A DNA stretch of 63,592 nt, the filler included, from Choristocarpus tenellus KU-1152 (Eukaryota; Protista; Phaeophyceae), in the NCBI GenBank assembly GCA_964200185.2. It is 12 parts of 12 records of this genome, joined end to end, with 100 filler letters (N's around TTAATTAATTAA, not from the genome) between each part and the next. Parts side by side here need not be neighbours in the genome. Positions count along the whole stretch, not along the records: positions 33,880 to 45,072 come from CAXNAD020002460.1; positions 45,173 to 54,366 come from CAXNAD020003892.1; 10 more parts are not named here. One strand, written 5' to 3'. A program made the translations under genes and the position numbers. The notes under the pieces were generated by a model. That model was not told the DNA's origin, did not search any database, and worked only from the letters and a program-made list of their open reading frames with translations. Of the stretch, positions 37,976-49,941 are shown piece by piece (the first letter of the stretch is position 1; each line of letters opens with the position of its first letter).

Positions 37976-38243
37976 GAGTCGAAGCATTCACGAGGGTAGA
38001 GCCTCGTCAGTTCAGATTCGTAAATCCAATATTGCGATTTCGATTCATTTTGGCTATTGTGTCTATTAGTAAATGTCATTATCCTTGCTCCGAACACATC
38101 TTTCATAGTCCCACACATTATATCTACTCCGAAATCCGAAATATTCACACAGAAATAAAGAAAAAGAGCATCAAAAACACATGGAAGCCAAACCCTGAAA
38201 AACAAACAGGGCAAAACTCATACCCTCTTAAATGCTTTTGGTC
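37976..38243 (-). mobile_element. MITE family 1 copy, diverged
   Basis: GAGTCGAAGCAT...AATGCTTTTGGTC; body homologous to other copies. Confidence 0.75.
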
Positions 38244-39147
38244 ACGGTTTATATGCGACTACTACTGACTGATTGTATGTAGTTTGTTTCTTGCGCAATG
38301 TACACTCCTTCTACACGAAGTATTTACTAAGTACTGACAATGGTTCATATTTAATCATTGTTCTACAAGTCCTACATTACCCGATCAACTCCATTAGTAC
38401 CTACTCGGGGAGGCCACCTATTGACTACCTGACCTACAAGTTACAAAAATACAGAGAGTAACAAAATACACATTGGTTTGCTAGGGACTGCTACTTACTT
38501 TCCCAGTAAATGCCTGACAAGACTAGAGAATCTCTAAAAAAAAATACCAGGGTGGACACGAGAACTGTATCAAAATCCATGTCCTGGCCTCACCAGTATG
38601 TACCCATAGAATAGGCATTCCAACCACACTCCAGAAGACCTTCTGGCCCTGGCAGGGTGCACAAGGAGTGGGAATGGACTGACATCCCTGTCTTTGATCT
38701 GCATACCACAGTAGTTCAACTCCAACAGAGCAAATTGGACGATAAGAGCGGATCTTTCTGGCACATATGGAGTACTTCCGCATTGCAGGCTTTCTCTTTC
38801 CACCCTCATGATCCACAATCCCAAGTGTAGACACACCTCGGTGGTTGGGATGACCGCGGGGGTACAAATTTAATCTCTGACGTTAGGGTCTAGGCTGTAA
38901 CTGAATATCCTTCTTTTCCTATCGTCCTCCCACGTGGGCACAGTGGTGTGTTAGCTTCTTCCCTACCCATTGATCCCAAGTAAAATATGTATGCGTCTCA
39001 GCAATCTTCATACAGTAATGCAACATACACCATTTGCCACCAACATACTCAACTCATCTTTTCCTCTTTCTCCCATAGTATCTGCTGGTGATGTTGGCCA
39101 CGATAATACCCTGTCCCAGCTATTACCCTGTCCCAGCTATTGGGTCC

Positions 39148-39514
39148 GAGCGGAAGTATCTTAGAGGGTAAGAGTTTTGCCCTGTTTATCCATTTGGGGC
39201 TTGGCTTCCCGTATTTCTTTATGGCATTTTTCCACTCCAAAATGTTTCGGACTAGGTCAGGTGTATACGTAATGAAAAGGTGTGTCTGGAATAAGGATAC
39301 TGACACTTCCTAACAAACACGGAGGCCAAAATTACATCAGAGCCAAAGTATCTTAGAGGGTGAGCCGTGTCCATTTGGGTACCAAAATCCAATGTTGCGA
39401 TTTTGATGTAATTTTGCAAAACCGTACCCTTTAAGATACTTCCACTCTCAAATCGCAACATTGTGTTTTGACCCCCAAATGGACACGGCTCTACCCTATA
39501 ATATACTTTAACCC
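39148..39514 (+). mobile_element. MITE family 1 copy containing a nested 108-bp deletion derivative of the same family (39340-39447, TSD TCA)
   Basis: Outer TSD GTCC/GTTC; the inner GAGCCAAAGTATC...GATACTTCCACTC interrupts the outer consensus ACATCA|AATCGC. Confidence 0.85.
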
Positions 39515-39523
39515 GTTCTACTG

Positions 39524-39680
39524 TGTTACAGGCGATATATCTTGATCGCGTTTTCATAAACACCATTGCGACCTTGAAGTCCTAGATGTTTATATATTTT
39601 GTACTTCTTGACTATTTATTTATTAGTCACTATCATGCCCCCAGGTGGCACATCATTGCAAGATCCTTTTGTATCTGTGT
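39524..39680 (+). mobile_element. 5' part of a Gypsy LTR (subtype C)
   Basis: TGTTACAGGCG start; matches 59832-59970. Confidence 0.75.
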
Positions 39681-40406
39681 ATTTATAGTATTTTGTGTCT
39701 TCTCAACCATGGTGATACTGTTTCCCCTCCAACCATCTTTCAGACACAGGTTTTGGAACCCCTCAGACTAATGTGAAGGTAAGAAAGGTAAAGATGATGA
39801 GAACAGAAATCGCAAACGTGATAAGGATGAATTTCGTGAGCCACCAAGTACAATAAGAGAAACTGTGGTCACAATGTCAAACAGAGTACTGTTTACATTG
39901 TTGAGGAGAGGATTGCAACGCAATCACGACAGTGACACTGCACATCTCGCCTTGCTCTCCATCATTACAAAGAAAAGCATGCACGATTGAGACTAGAAAA
40001 TGCTACCACCACTGCACATCAGCTCACCCAAAATTACCCATGAAGGCCTGCAGGCCACCACAGATATCAACAGCAAATAACATCATTTCACCAGCAAACA
40101 TATGCGAAAAGCCCAAGTTTGTACTGATGATCCCGGGATCCTGTGTGACCAATCATATCCATGAATGTGGTCAACACAAAGGATGTGAAGAATGCTGTTA
40201 TCGGACGTGAACAGCGAAGGATTGGGATACCCGGTCAGGTGTTTCTCCTCTGCTAGTCAACTGCCTCAAAGAAAGGAAGTACACCAACTCTTCTGTCGTG
40301 AACACTGGGTTGACATAACCATCCGCACCCCAGAGACCCTCGTCCCTCTTGACATCACCCACTGACTCATTGCCAGGCATCCCCTCTTGCGCTGCAGTCT
40401 CACACA

Positions 40407-40664
40407 GACCCAAAATATCTTAGAGGAGAGAGTTCGGTCCATTTGGGGGTCAAATCCCATGTTGGGATTTTGATGTATTTTTGGCTATCGTGTTTGTTGG
40501 GAAGTGTCAATATCCTTGTTCCAGACACGCATTTTCATAACGTATACATTTTACCTACTCCAAAACGTTTCGGAGTCGGTAAATTGTCATCAAAACCCTA
40601 AGGGAAGCCAAGCCCCAAATGGACAAACAGGGCAAAACTCGTACCCTCTAAGATACTTTCACTC
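40407..40664 (-). mobile_element. MITE family 1 copy (3-bp TSD ACA)
   Basis: GACCCAAAATATC...GATACTTTCACTC. Confidence 0.9.
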
Positions 40665-40869
40665 ACAGCGGCCATCAGGCAATATATTTTTCGGCTAATC
40701 TGAGATCCTTACTTTCATCTACGATCGCCAAGGTAGAAATTGCTGGCTTGTCCAACAACCTTATGGAAGAGTACGTTCTAACGACCTTGTGATCCCCCTT
40801 CATACAATGGGCTACCGCCTCTTTCCGCCTCTGGTGATGCAATTGGTGAGATGAACACCTCGTGGGGCC

Positions 40870-41310
40870 TATTTGACGCCGATGCCCTTGGCACTGTGAA
40901 TATACCCTGCACTGTTGTGGTGCAGAAGTGGCACCTCTATCTGGCACTGGAGGCGTGGGTGGCGAGATGAGCACCCCATGGCCGGGTGGCGTTGCGCCAT
41001 CGCCTCTCTCTGTCTCTGGTGAAGTTTTTGGCGAGATGAAGACACCACGGCCAGGTGACGCTGATGTGTGTATCACTGTGAGCACCCTACACGTTTGTGG
41101 TGCGGCAGCACCATCTCTCTCCTCTGCTGGTGGTGTCGGTGGCAAGTTGAGCACCATGCCCCTTTGTGATGGCGTTGTACCACTGCCTCTCTCCACCTCT
41201 GGATGCAGGTGGTGAGATTATCATCCCGTGGTTAGGTGACGCTGAAGTATGTAGGGTTGTGAACACCCTACACCGTTGTGGTGCAGCAGCACTGCCTCTC
41301 TTCACCACCG
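40870..41310. repeat. Imperfect ~180-bp tandem repeat built of shorter sub-repeats
   Basis: TGACGC.GA recurs at about 40875, 41056 and 41237. Confidence 0.7.
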
Positions 41311-41315
41311 GTGAT

Positions 41316-41573
41316 GAGTGAAAGTATCTTAGAGGGTACGATTTTGTCCCTGTTTGTCCATTTGGGGCTTGGCTTCTCATGGGATTTTTTGTTACATATT
41401 CCTACTCCAAAATGTTTTGGAATAGGTAAAATGTCTACGTTATGAAAAGGTCTGTCCGGAACAAGGATGCTGACACTTCCTAACAAACACGATAGCCAAA
41501 TTTCATTAAAATCGCAACGTTGGATTTTGGCCCCCAAATGGACGCGGCCTTGCCCTCTAAGATACTTTGGCTC
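41316..41573 (+). mobile_element. MITE family 1 copy (TSD TGAT), near consensus
   Basis: GAGTGAAAGTATCTTAGAGGGTAC...CCCTCTAAGATACTTTGGCTC; TGAT on both sides. Confidence 0.93.
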
Positions 41574-42779
41574 TGATTTGAGTGGCGAGATGACAACTCC
41601 GTTGCTCTGTCTCTGTGATGATGATGCTGCGCCACCGCCTCTCTCTGGCACAGGTGGTGTTGGCGGATAGATAAGCATATGTTGCTTTTATTGTGATGTC
41701 GGGTGAAGGAGGAGGGAGGAAGACCCAGACTCACCCTGCGCAAGGCCCATTGCAGGACAAAGTGTCCGTGTACGTCGCTTTTTGACCTCTTTGACCTTTT
41801 CGAGAGGTAGTTCTTGCTTGGCACAGTGGATACTGTGCTGGAAGGGCGTGACGGTACTGTCTAGGACGCAGGAAGGTCTAGGTGCTTGCAGCATAGATGC
41901 CATTGTTGGCACCGACGCATATGCCAAGGCCAGTTCCCCCCATGCTCGAGCCTCAAGCTCTAAGTCTTCCCTCATTGCGTCTGCCTGACGCTGGAATTGG
42001 AGCGAGTGGGACTTAGAGCTTTGGATGGCAAGTGTGAAGGAACAAAAAATTAACATCAAAGAAAAAGTGCAGACCACACTCGTGTCTTGGAGTACATTTT
42101 GGCAGAGGAGTCAACGACAATGTACGTAGTTGCTTCAAATGCAGAGGAAGATATCATGCATGCATGAAATACAGGGTCAAGTCCTGATCTTGCACACCTC
42201 GATCGTGGTGTTTCATGGCTGAAGTGTCAGAAAAGGGAATCGAGAGGATGCTGTTCTTGTCAATGGCATATCTTGTGCAAGGGCAAGCTGCCTCCACACC
42301 CTTGACTCCAGCTCAGAGTATGCAGTCGTTGCCACAACAATCTGATACTGAGAAGGGGGCAAACATGTAGGGGGAGGAAGGTTTGCTTGTGTGTTAGAGT
42401 GGAAGAACTTACTTCAAAGTAGTACATGCATATATCGCATGGGGTGCAAACCCAAGCGATGTAGTGCGGCCTCGAGGGCTGCACCATTGGCAACAGTGCA
42501 CAACAGCTATGGGCATCCCCATGGAGGAGTGCAGGTGATGCGGTCGAGGTATTGCCTGCAGCTTCAGAAACAAGAGTAGGGGCGAACCTTGTCCTTGGAG
42601 ATCCCCATTGCTTCCAATCCTAAGTCCTAAATTCTAAATTTGACAGTTGAAATTTGACCATCGAAATTTGACCATCGAGATTTGCACTGTTCTTGTCAAA
42701 GACTTGAACTAACCTCTGCAGAGTCAAAGAGCCACAGCAGCAGTGTATTCGTACAAGGTTACTTTGTGGTGTTGGTTAG

Positions 42780-44109
42780 CTCACCTCTCCTACTCCTTCG
42801 TTTGTCCTATGTGGTTGTTGCTGCCTGCAAGGGTGTTGCCGAGGTACCACCTTGGGCAACATCTTGAACCCACATGACGCCACAGTCGCGCCACTGTCAC
42901 AAGCAGTACAAGAACCACGATGATTGTGGTGGGAACGATGTCCAATTCTGTTCCTCGATGAAGCCTCGTCGCCTCCTTCCAGGTGCACGACCGACGAACC
43001 GGGCAGAACGTCTGTGGATGTTGTAGTCCTTGTAGACCCTCAGGGAGTCTCGAAGAATTCGATTGGGCAGATGGTCTGCGGGCAGGTAGGGTGAAGGTTT
43101 ATCAGCAGTCGTGCTGGAAAGATTTTTCAGTACCCACAATATACCGTTCCCGTCATAATACCACTTGGGTACTTGAGTTCCCTCGCCTCTTGCGGAAGAA
43201 GAAGGCATCAAGCCAAGTCTGATATCGCGATCGTGACTTCTCCGGCTTCTGTGGACGAAACGACCTCCATATCTTCACCATGTTGGACTTGGCGAAAGAG
43301 AGCAGGGGCTTAGCCGGCGTTTTTACCATCCTCGATTCCCAAGGAAACGCGTCAAACTCGGTATTATCGCCGTGAGAGTGTTGCTGTGGTGTAGTCCTCC
43401 TTACGTTGGATTTAGAGAGTATTTCTTTGTGGGTCGAGGTGGGGGGCTAAGATAATTGCTCCAGAGTACGTATAGTGGCAGAAGAGGCAACGTTCCCTGA
43501 CGATAGAGCAGAGATCGAGCGGTGAACTAGTGTAGGACGAAATCAAGTTTGTCGATGAGCGTCGTGCGCGCTTTACAAGTACAACTTCCTAGCAGAAACA
43601 CGAAGCCACAGGCTGTAATGACAGCGCAAGCCATTCGAGGTTGTAATGAATCTGGGAGAGAACGTGCTTTGAGGATGTGAAGGATTTAGGGGTAACAACG
43701 TATCGATCGAAGAAGGTTTTGCACAGGAGGCGTGTGGTGCAGCAGAACCCCACGGGCTTAGCGTTCGACACTTGGGGATGTGTTGGGGATGTATATCCCA
43801 CCTGATTTCTGTAGACGTGGGTGAACCCCCTGCTGTTTTTGAGGGATTCAATGGCAGCATACGGGTTGGCGTACCACAGCACAGTGAAGCTGTGAGCCGC
43901 CCTAAAGTCGAACTTGTCCTAGTCGGGTTCGCATTAGGTGTGTGGAATATAAGGTTGTGCAAATTACCTTGGGAGGTAATGCTATTTGTTAGTAGTGAAG
44001 ATAAGAAGGTGTGAAGCCTCGCACGACCCCCTTCGCTGAACGTGATTACATGGTTGAAGATTAGAAGAGAAGAGAAGAGAAGAGTGATCTTGGTGTGGTG
44101 TCTTCTCAT
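42780..44109 (-). pseudogene. Decayed intronless gene with a signal-peptide-like N-terminus, function unknown
   Basis: ATG after an A-rich leader; MRRHHTKITLLFSSLLIFNHVITFS; overlapping ORF pieces 43589-43882 and 42897-43211 imply frameshifts. Confidence 0.4.
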
Positions 44110-44464
44110 TGCTTGTTTATTATTTATTTGCGCTTCCTATCTAAGTCAATGGTTATGTCAAAGTAGTTGAATGCAGAATAAATACCAATACATAATCCCA
44201 TACATAATCTGGATGTACTATTTTATTAGTTACATCACATGGACTAAATTCAACACAATAATCTCATATACACAAAATAAGGTACACCTCACTATTGTCC
44301 TATTTTGCACAAAGGTCACATGATCAGGACAGAAGAACGTGGGAATGGGAGTGGGTATGTTGGTTAATTGCGTATCCCATGTCGGCGATGGTGATACACA
44401 TATATAAATTGTCAATCCAAGTTCAGTCTGTGCAGCCAGGGGTTAGCGCAATGTTGTTGGACTG

Positions 44465-45070
44465 TTAGTCGGGACATTGGATGTTGAAATATTGAGATGG
44501 CTGCACTGCGCTTACGATGGAGCCGTCGCGCTTCTTGTGCTCTCTCCAGACACTGAGAAGGATGTCCTCTAGCTCTTTCGTTTCTGGTGGAACATAGTGA
44601 GGGGAAGAAAGGGATTGGGAGCGTTGCATCACCGATGCTGAATTAATATAGATATAGGCGATGAAAAGTAGGCGATGCTTCATAATCGTTTAACGAATCG
44701 TTTCCTGGGAAGGAGTCATGAGAACCTCACCTTCTTCTGCACATATCTGCACAAGGGTGGCGATCGAATTATAGAATTAAGTGGAGGTTTCCTCGCCAAG
44801 TTTATTCATTCCACTTTTCATGTTGGTGTCCTCCCACGCTTCCGTGAGGAATGCCTTGATCTTCGCAGCAACCCTCCTTTTTATTGCCATTTGGAATGCA
44901 GTGTGGGCGCTCCGGAAGTCTATGCCTTGCAGAGTGTATTAGTTGCACTGGGTTACCAACGTCATCATGCACGTGTAACGCTCGGAGACCTCACCCGTAT
45001 CCTGCAGGTAGGGGCGGGACCTGTCACACTTGATGTCACGCTTATGGGTCAAAGCATCTGAGGGGGTGTC
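44465..45070 (-). pseudogene. Decayed intronless ORF (202 codons, 3 internal TAA), 5' end cut by the contig edge
   Basis: A single frame reads DTPSDALTHKRDIKC...RSAHTAFQMAIKRRVAAKIKAFLTEAW...HRLLFIAYIYIN...QYFNIQCPD*. Confidence 0.5.
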
Positions 45071-45172
45071 GGNNNNNNNNNNNNNNNNNNNNNNNNNNNN
45101 NNNNNNNNNNNNNNNNTTAATTAATTAANNNNNNNNNNNNNNNNNNNNNNNNNNNNNNNNNNNNNNNNNNNN

Positions 45173-45266
45173 TTAGGTAGAGCCGCGTCCATTTGGGGGT
45201 CAAAATACAATGTTGTGATTTTGATGTAATTTTGGCTATCGTGTACCCTCTAAGATAGTTTCGCTC
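45173..45266 (-). mobile_element. MITE family 1 short derivative at a contig start
   Basis: Matches 6335-6410 joined directly to the GTACCCTCTAAGATA...CTC terminus. Confidence 0.75.
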
Positions 45267-45559
45267 TTTAAGAATACAAATGTCCACCAATTTCAGATTT
45301 TGTATCTAAAAAAATTGGAGGGTGCCATTTTTTTTTACCTTTTGGTTTCTGAACATTGGAAACGTACAAGTTCAATCAAGTATTCCCATTCAAAAGGGGG
45401 CCCTTAAAAAGCGCCGCAACATTTACAAAAAAAAACATATGGGCACTTTCCGCGCACCATTTTGGGAAAAATCCATCCTCCATGAAATAATCCATCTGCC
45501 ATTATCTCAATCGACTGTTCTATGCGAAAACCCAGGTGTAGAATATCTTAGCACTTGAC

Positions 45560-46340
45560 ACTTGCAGCAAGCCCTGGCTGTTTGGAAGCTGTGTGAGCCA
45601 GAGTGGCTTCAGGAAACGAGAAAGAAGGTGTTAGGGTTGGGCTACAAGGGCTCTGAATTCCGAAAGAAGGCCGAAATGGCTCGCAAGGTGGAGGAGAAGG
45701 CGATTGTGACAAAGGCAGCTGTGGAGATGTTTCGCTACCACCAAATACTTTACTTAGAAGAGGTCGCGAAGCAGGTGGGGGTAGCCATCGACAAGGACCC
45801 CAGGGGAGAAGAGGAGGTGAGGTTGAGACTATTTGCACACTGATGGTTTGGTGTCTCCCACTTCTTGCAAGATGCCGTATATTCACTTTTGTTCCTGAAC
45901 TTAGGGTTGGACGTAGAAAGTTGAATAAGGCTTTCTCCCAGCCTGCATTCGTTCGAGAAATAAAACAATTTTCGATCAACTCAAGCCTGTCCTCCCTTGC
46001 CCTTGCACCTAGATGATAAAATATCACCCGCCCAGGAAACACGAACGATGCCAATTCCAGCGCTCAATAAGGAAATGCAATGGCAAGGACTCTAACACTA
46101 CGAATCCTGTACGCGTGTATGAACGGTGGGAAAGACTGCCAAATGGCGCTTGAGATGGCAGCAGGACATACGATGGTCAGGTCGGAAACTGTGAGTAAAT
46201 GGGAGAGAGACTTCCTAAGGGCCACATCAAGGTGTAGGAGCAAGGGCGTGACAAGAGGCGTTTCGTTCTGGGTGTCGACGAGGATATCCTTGCCGAGGTC
46301 AAAGAGTGGGTGCGCGACACACAGGAAGAAAGGGTAGGGA
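45560..46340 (+). pseudogene. Probable DNA-transposase N-terminal remnant
   Basis: ...ETVSKWERDFL..G...QGR.KRRFVLGVDEDILAEVKEWVR resembles the DNA-binding region of IS630/Tc1-like transposases; no DDE region present. Confidence 0.3.
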
Positions 46341-46803
46341 GGCTTTTTCCCCTCCTAAACTCTATACTTTAATCAAGTAATAGTGCATCTGTTGCCACTC
46401 TTGGTAACCTACAATCCAGGGTTCGAACTCCAATATGAGCGCTCTTTCTTCAAAAATAAAAAATGGTGAAAAAAAACGAAGCCCATACTCTGGAGGGTCT
46501 TGTGATGGGCATCACGAATATGCTTTTTGTATGTTTTAAATCCGATGTCTACATGAAAAGTTTTGAAGGGACAACCCCAGAGGGCGAACCTACTGGTACC
46601 ACTATGTAGAGCATTCAGTTTTTTTCGGAATAGAAACACAATGTTTTGTTGACTGTTTGGTATCTACAAGAACTTTTATCGCATTTATTCTGACACATCA
46701 GTCACTCCAATAACAGAGTGATGAAGGCACAGTGGGATAATAACATCGTGTTCTCTATTATGGTATTGGTAGTCGCCTCTAGGATAAGACCGGCCCTGAC
46801 TAT

Positions 46804-47090
46804 TTTCGAGGTGATGCAAGGCGTCCTGATCGGTAATCAGCATATCAAATTAAAGCTGAGACCAAATGTTGTCGATTGGTGCAAAGAAATCCGGTCGCAA
46901 ATTGCTTTATGTTGAGTTAGTAAACGCCGAAAGGTTCGGTTGAATTGCAAAAAAAAGGAAAATCGCTGAAAATTCATATTAAGATGTTTTTTTTTGCGAC
47001 CGGATTTCTTTGCGCCAATCAATTGTTTATGGTCTCAGCTTAAATTTTATATGCTGATCACCGATCAGGACGCCTTGCATCACCTCGAAA
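46804..47090. mobile_element. Foldback/MITE-like element with ~97-bp inverted arms
   Basis: TTTCGAGGTGATGCAAGGCGTCCTGATCGG...AAAGAAATCCGGTCGCAAA pairs with about 46992-47090. Confidence 0.85.
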
Positions 47091-47144
47091 TCATTCAATA
47101 CCTCTGATGCTATCATAAAAGTGGCTGTTAACAATATACTGTAC

Positions 47145-47685
47145 GAGGCTTTCGGAGGTTAACCTTCGGACGCAGCTCACTACAGCGTACAATGCCCACA
47201 CAGAACTCGGCACAATGGTTGCGGGAGCCCCTCTGTCAAAGGACATATGCTGGATATCATGGTGCGGTCTCTACCTCCAGGCTTCAAGTTTCACAGAAGT
47301 CAAAGGCTAAGATTGGGCAGAGTGTACGCGCTGGTGATTGCCGTGTGTTGAGGGGGGAACTTGCGCTTGATTGAGAGGACCAGTCGATCACTGCGGAACG
47401 AGAAATCAAAGAGGTGTCGCAACTACGACGGAGAGCCTGTATTCTTGGCCAAGCTCAATGATGAGGGCTGGCTGGCTGTCTGCTGTCTGATGAGCTTTTA
47501 GGCGTAACAGTGGAGCTACAATAACAATGAAGAGTTTAGGGTTGCACACAGACAGATGAGACATGGAGGATCACGACTCTTCTTCTCCCATGAAAAAACT
47601 CGTCCTGAGAGAGGAGAAACAGTCCTCCAAGCCATATACTGGACGACGGACGGACGGAAGGATGTCTAAATAACTTGATTTTGGT
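47145..47685 (+). mobile_element. LTR-like dispersed repeat (copy of 33195-33730)
   Basis: Direct homology in reverse orientation. Confidence 0.7.
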
Positions 47686-47699
47686 GCGGTTTATGTAAA

Positions 47700-48828
47700 A
47701 CTATGAAGTCAAAGGATTATAAGGTTAACGCCCACCGAGCCAATATATTGGAAGTATTTGTACTGTATGTAACCATGTGATGCCAAGTGATCAGTTACAA
47801 CTGTAAAGTGCTTACCCCTAGGCATATGGCCACCGATGTGTTAAGACAAGAGTAGTGGCCAGAAATTCTTGCTAATTTGCTGAATATCGTCTTTAAGTTG
47901 GCTTAAAAAGGGCCCTATGGCAGGCTACAATTTGAAAATTATCGTCCTCATTTTTATGTGCCAAAAGGCTCCCATGTCAACATCACCAGCATCCACGTGT
48001 ATGAAAAATTCCCTTGTAAAATCTTGAAAGCTGAACACTGGTGCATAGTTAATAGACGTTTGCATTCATCAAAAGAATTTTGTTGTGGTTATCCCCAGAA
48101 TTGAGATAAACTTTTGTCCCATACCTTTTAGTACTTTTTCTTTGAAGTGACACAAGGGATTCAATGATTTTAGCCAAATGGGGAATGTATTTCCAAACGA
48201 GTTCATGGAACCCAGAAAGGACTGCAATTCTTTCCCAGAGTATGGGGACTTCAGAGCGGTACTAGCCTAGATTCGATCTGGTGACACTGCAATACAGGGC
48301 TAACCTAATGTCTCAAATAAAGAACCGATTCGAGTCGAATAGGCTTTAGATCATTTAAGGGTTACTCCTACTTGCTACACAGTAATGCCAATACACTCTC
48401 AAGAAGTTGGATATGATGGTTCCACATTGAAGAAGCTAGTACGATGTCATCAGCATAAATCAGTAAGTCTATACTTAGTCCTAGAACTGAAAGCGTTTTG
48501 GACATGAAGCATTGATATGTCCATGGTGCGTTAGCAATACCAAAGGGTAGCCGTTTGTATCTGTAGTTCCCATTCAGTGTAAGAAAATAATTTTTTTGGC
48601 ATTCGCAGGTGTTGGTGATTGGTAGTTGCCAGTACGCTGACTGAACACGGGACACGGCAGGTATTTTGCTCCACCTAGTGTATCCAAACAATCTTCTATA
48701 GAGATGGTATCAGTCAGGAATTACATACCAATTTTGTTTTCGATGAGAACCTTAAGCCTATTCAGAATCAAGGAGACCCATCAAGGTTTGTAACTATGAT
48801 AACCTGTGACGCCCAAGGACTTGAGGAG
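47700..48828 (-). pseudogene. Second Gypsy family: RT-RNase H remnant
   Basis: SSSPWASQVIIV, SAYWQLP, YKRLPFGIANAP.TYQ, IYADDI, LQSFLG, F.IHVDA. Confidence 0.92.
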
Positions 48829-49941
48829 ATTCAGTTTTGATCACAGTATCACAGTTGCTACCACAACTGATATTCCGACCAATAGCTATCTTTACATGCA
48901 AGCCCACCCCACTCTTTGTTCTGATCACATCAGTCCTATACCAGATGGTGCCCTACATTTAAAAGGGGCTGATGAAAGGCCTTTGCAAGTATGTGGCTAT
49001 ATTCACTTTCGACTAACCTTAGGAAATAAAACATTGCCTGTTCAAGTAGTTGTTCTTCCCTCTCTAGTTGTTGGCAAAATACTCTGGGACAAAAGTATCA
49101 TGGCTGCTTTTGAAGCAAAGTTGGATTGGGATAGAGAAAAAAAAACATTCTCTAGGAGCACAGTTCACTTTCCAGCCACTCATAAAAGTTCTCCTGTACC
49201 CATTGATAACCCACCACCTGTCAGTCAAAATACTTTTCACACCTTTTCAATAGACATGACAGTGGCTGCAGTAATAAATGAGTTCACTACACCTGTACAT
49301 GTACGACATAAAACATATTCACCCCGAGGAACCAAAACTGTTGTGTCATTGTGTTCTCAGGCCTTGCCTGGATCGGCCAAGGATGTTGTGGTGCAGCCCA
49401 CTATCAAGACAAGCACAGACTTCATCAAACAAGAGCATCACCACTCCCCATGGAAAGACGTCATTATCAGTTGGCCTTTAATTGCATGGGAAGAGGATGA
49501 ATCTTGCCTAGTCAACATTGCCAATCCTTCCAATCATGGTGCTAAGCTACCCCCTCAATAAGTTGTGAATCACATAGCACCATTGGATCAAGTTCATAAC
49601 CTTTTTGAAGCACAGACCAATACCACAACAGCTACTCCAATCGCTTCAGAAGAGCTTAAAAAAGCCCATGACGAGTTTAAAGAAGTTTTCAGTAACAAAG
49701 CTCTGGTAGATACAGTGTTATCTTACAATGAACAAGATCTCCTTGGCCTTGTTGCTAAATATCGACCAGTATTTCCACTCACAGCGGAGGAACTTGGCTG
49801 TTGTAATAATACCAGTGTTCAACTTCCACTTTAACCAGGTACAGTTCCTGTACATTATCTACCATGTCGAACCTGACCAAAAATACACGAAGCAATCCAC
49901 AGTTGTGTGGAAGACATGAAAAATAAGGAATAATGCAACCC
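48829..49941 (+). pseudogene. Protease-to-RT-start segment of the same Gypsy, inverted in place
   Basis: GADERPLQVCG...LPSL..KILWD (protease), YRPVFP..EELGC, ...MKNKGIMQP; opposite strand to its flanks. Confidence 0.85.

Larger units (their letters stand above)
39850..42608 (-). pseudogene. Long decayed ORF with internal Pro-rich coding repeats, interrupted by two MITEs; probably transposon-derived
   Basis: ATG at 42608 (MGISKDKVRP...CTPPWGCP); collinear ORF pieces 41688-42077, 40675-41196 and 40198-40400; ~180-bp repeat at 40870-41310. Confidence 0.4.

Noticed and set aside
42780-44109. Retroviral-like env gene
   Set aside because: It has signal-like and hydrophobic segments, but no adjacent pol, PPT or LTR on this contig segment and no fusion-protein motifs.
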